From a virus (taxonomy: Duplodnaviria; Caudoviricetes), in IMG/VR virus record IMGVR_UViG_3300043444_000180, positions 1-27,078 of that record: 27,078 nt of DNA. The stretch is one strand, 5' to 3'. Below, one piece after another: positions 25,703 to 27,078 of this stretch. Every line of letters starts with the position of its first letter. The stretch's first letter is position 1. Position numbers and translations under genes: made by a program. The notes beneath the pieces are model-generated. The model worked only from the letters and a program-made list of their open reading frames with translations. It was not told the DNA's origin and made no database searches.

Positions 25703-25846
25703 ATGAATTTTGCTTTGATGCAATACCACAAATACTCGTTAACGGAAATTGAGAACCTAATACCGTTTGAAAAAGAAATATATGTAGCACTGTTGGTCAA
25801 ATACCTAGAAGAAGAAAAACAAAGACTAGAGAGTAGAAACAGATGA
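25703..25846 (+). CDS. gp51-like baseplate hub assembly ORF (47 aa from first ATG, possibly expressed as a gp26 frameshift extension)
   Basis: Not in the track. Hand translation gives MNFALMQYHKYSLTEIENLIPFEKEIYVALLVKYLEEEKQRLESRNR. Matches my recollection of the small ORF annotated gp51 after gp26 in T4-like cyanophages. No SD is visible at this ATG. Confidence 0.8.
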   Translation: MNFALMQYHKYSLTEIENLIPFEKEIYVALLVKYLEEEKQRLESRNR

Positions 25847-27078
25847 CAGTAATAACAGCTTCGCCAACTCAGTTTGGTAAACTATTAGAACTACAACGTG
25901 GATTGTTGGATCAGTCGATCACACAAACTATCCATGCTGATGTTAATGGGCAAGTCCTAAGAAACATTAGGGAAATAAATCATGCCCAGTTAACTGGTCA
26001 GAAAGATCTTATTGAATCTACTAAAGAACAGGCTGAATTAAAACGTCAGTCAGAACTTGAAGAGAAACAGTTAAAACAGACTGAAGAAACCAATTCTAAT
26101 ATAGTTAAGTTGGCTGCTGAAATTAAAAAGAAAACAGCTGAAGACGCTAAAATTATAGCAGCCATGGCTGGGAATGCTACAACTTTCAAATCTATATCTG
26201 AAAAGATAGGTGATGCTAAAAGTAGTTTTATGAATAAGTATGGTTCTCTTGGCGCATTAAAGAGAACTGCATTATCAGCTACCAATGTAGGTGGTATATT
26301 CAATAAGTCTTTGGCTAAAATGGATTATGTTAAAGAGCAGAAAATGCTCGGTGATAACAGATCAGATAAAGATATCTCTGCTGACTTCGCCAAACAACAA
26401 GCAGCTGCCAAAGCAATAAAGTCTAACGAAGCTAAGATTGATGCTTATAAGAAAATGGGTTTAAGTGAGAATCAAATCGCTAAAACTTCTGAAGGTAAGA
26501 AACTATTGAGTAACAGAGAAGCACTATCATCAGAATATAAAAAGTATGATATTAAGGCTAGACTGTCAGATAATGAAGATACCAATAATGTATCTGAAGA
26601 AGAGATGGAAGCTGCCAGAGCTGAAACTGAACAAACAGATTTACTTAGACAGTTGGTTAATAATACTGGTGGTGAGAAACCTAAAGTGCAAGCTCCAACA
26701 TCTGAGGGTAAGTCTGGTGGATTACTAGATGGAATAATGGGTATGTTCTCTAGCGGATTTATGTCTGCCATTGGAAACTTGTTTAGTCCAGCTATGATGC
26801 TAAAGGTAATAACTAAGGTATTTGCTCCATTGGCAATTATCGGTGGTGTGGTCAATGGTATTATGGATGGATTCAAAGAGTTCTCTGAATCTGGCGACAT
26901 TGGAGAAGCATTAATTGCTGGTCTTGGTGGTTTCTTAGACTTTTTAACATTTGGTCTTATTAATAAAGACACATTGAAAAAGGTATACCAGTCACTTAGA
27001 GAAAGTATTGACTCATTGTTTGGAAGTATTGGTATTCCTGAAATTAAATTTAAGATTCCAGTAATAAACAAAGAATTA
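25843..27078 (+). CDS. Putative tape measure / gp29-like protein, partial (at least 412 aa)
   Basis: Not in the track. ATGA overlap with the previous stop and open to the window end (MTVITASPTQFGKLLELQ...KIPVINKEL). Long Ala/Lys/Glu helical region, then Gly-rich hydrophobic segments (APLAIIGGVVNGIMDGF, LIAGLGGFLDFLTFGL). Follows gp26/gp51. Confidence 0.72.
   Translation, partial: MTVITASPTQFGKLLELQRGLLDQSITQTIHADVNGQVLRNIREINHAQLTGQKDLIESTKEQAELKRQSELEEKQLKQTEETNSNIVKLAAEIKKKTAEDAKIIAAMAGNATTFKSISEKIGDAKSSFMNKYGSLGALKRTALSATNVGGIFNKSLAKMDYVKEQKMLGDNRSDKDISADFAKQQAAAKAIKSNEAKIDAYKKMGLSENQIAKTSEGKKLLSNREALSSEYKKYDIKARLSDNEDTNNVSEEEMEAARAETEQTDLLRQLVNNTGGEKPKVQAPTSEGKSGGLLDGIMGMFSSGFMSAIGNLFSPAMMLKVITKVFAPLAIIGGVVNGIMDGFKEFSESGDIGEALIAGLGGFLDFLTFGLINKDTLKKVYQSLRESIDSLFGSIGIPEIKFKIPVINKEL

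Noticed and set aside
26046-27071. Minus-strand ORFs of 85 and 199 aa and a 60-aa plus-strand ORF
   Set aside because: Shadows of the uninterrupted plus-strand ORF 25843..27078, which the track missed because it has no stop in the window.
1-27078. tRNA, intron, intein, intrinsic terminator or stop-codon reassignment
   Set aside because: None recognised by eye. Intergenic gaps are under about 50 nt, and genes are intact in the standard code with TAA, TAG and TGA all used as stops. A covariance-model search was not possible.

Overview
Virion morphogenesis region of a T4-like myovirus, resembling the cyanophage or aquatic T4-superfamily type rather than T4 itself. The host cannot be determined from this window. 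A long minus-strand operon reads gp48, gp53, putative hub, gp5, unknown, PAAR, gp25, gp6, gp7, a small collar-like protein, an expanded gp8, a 2048-aa VrlC/DUF4815-like protein, a small coiled-coil protein, a tail fibre with an S74 chaperone, a 122-aa Cys/Asn-repeat protein and an AT-rich unknown ORF that runs off the left edge. A divergent plus-strand operon reads gp4, gp2, gp54-like, holin-like, small terminase, gp26, gp51-like and a tape-measure-like ORF that runs off the right edge. Three ORFs missing from the supplied track were read by hand: 1..671 (-), 25703..25846 (+) and 25843..27078 (+). The strongest signals are: (1) a 17-Cys (NC/AC)n protein coupled to the tail fibre and followed by an AT-rich unknown gene, a candidate modified or metal-binding fibre-tip system; (2) a T TTT TTC slippery heptamer at the gp26 stop that would fuse gp26 to the gp51-like frame by -1 frameshift, just upstream of the tape measure gene; (3) a gp5 with a GH19-type domain and a C-terminal M15 Zn-peptidase; (4) CTAAATA late promoters, two positioned to give leaderless mRNAs. 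All family calls come from motif recognition and gene order, not from database searches.
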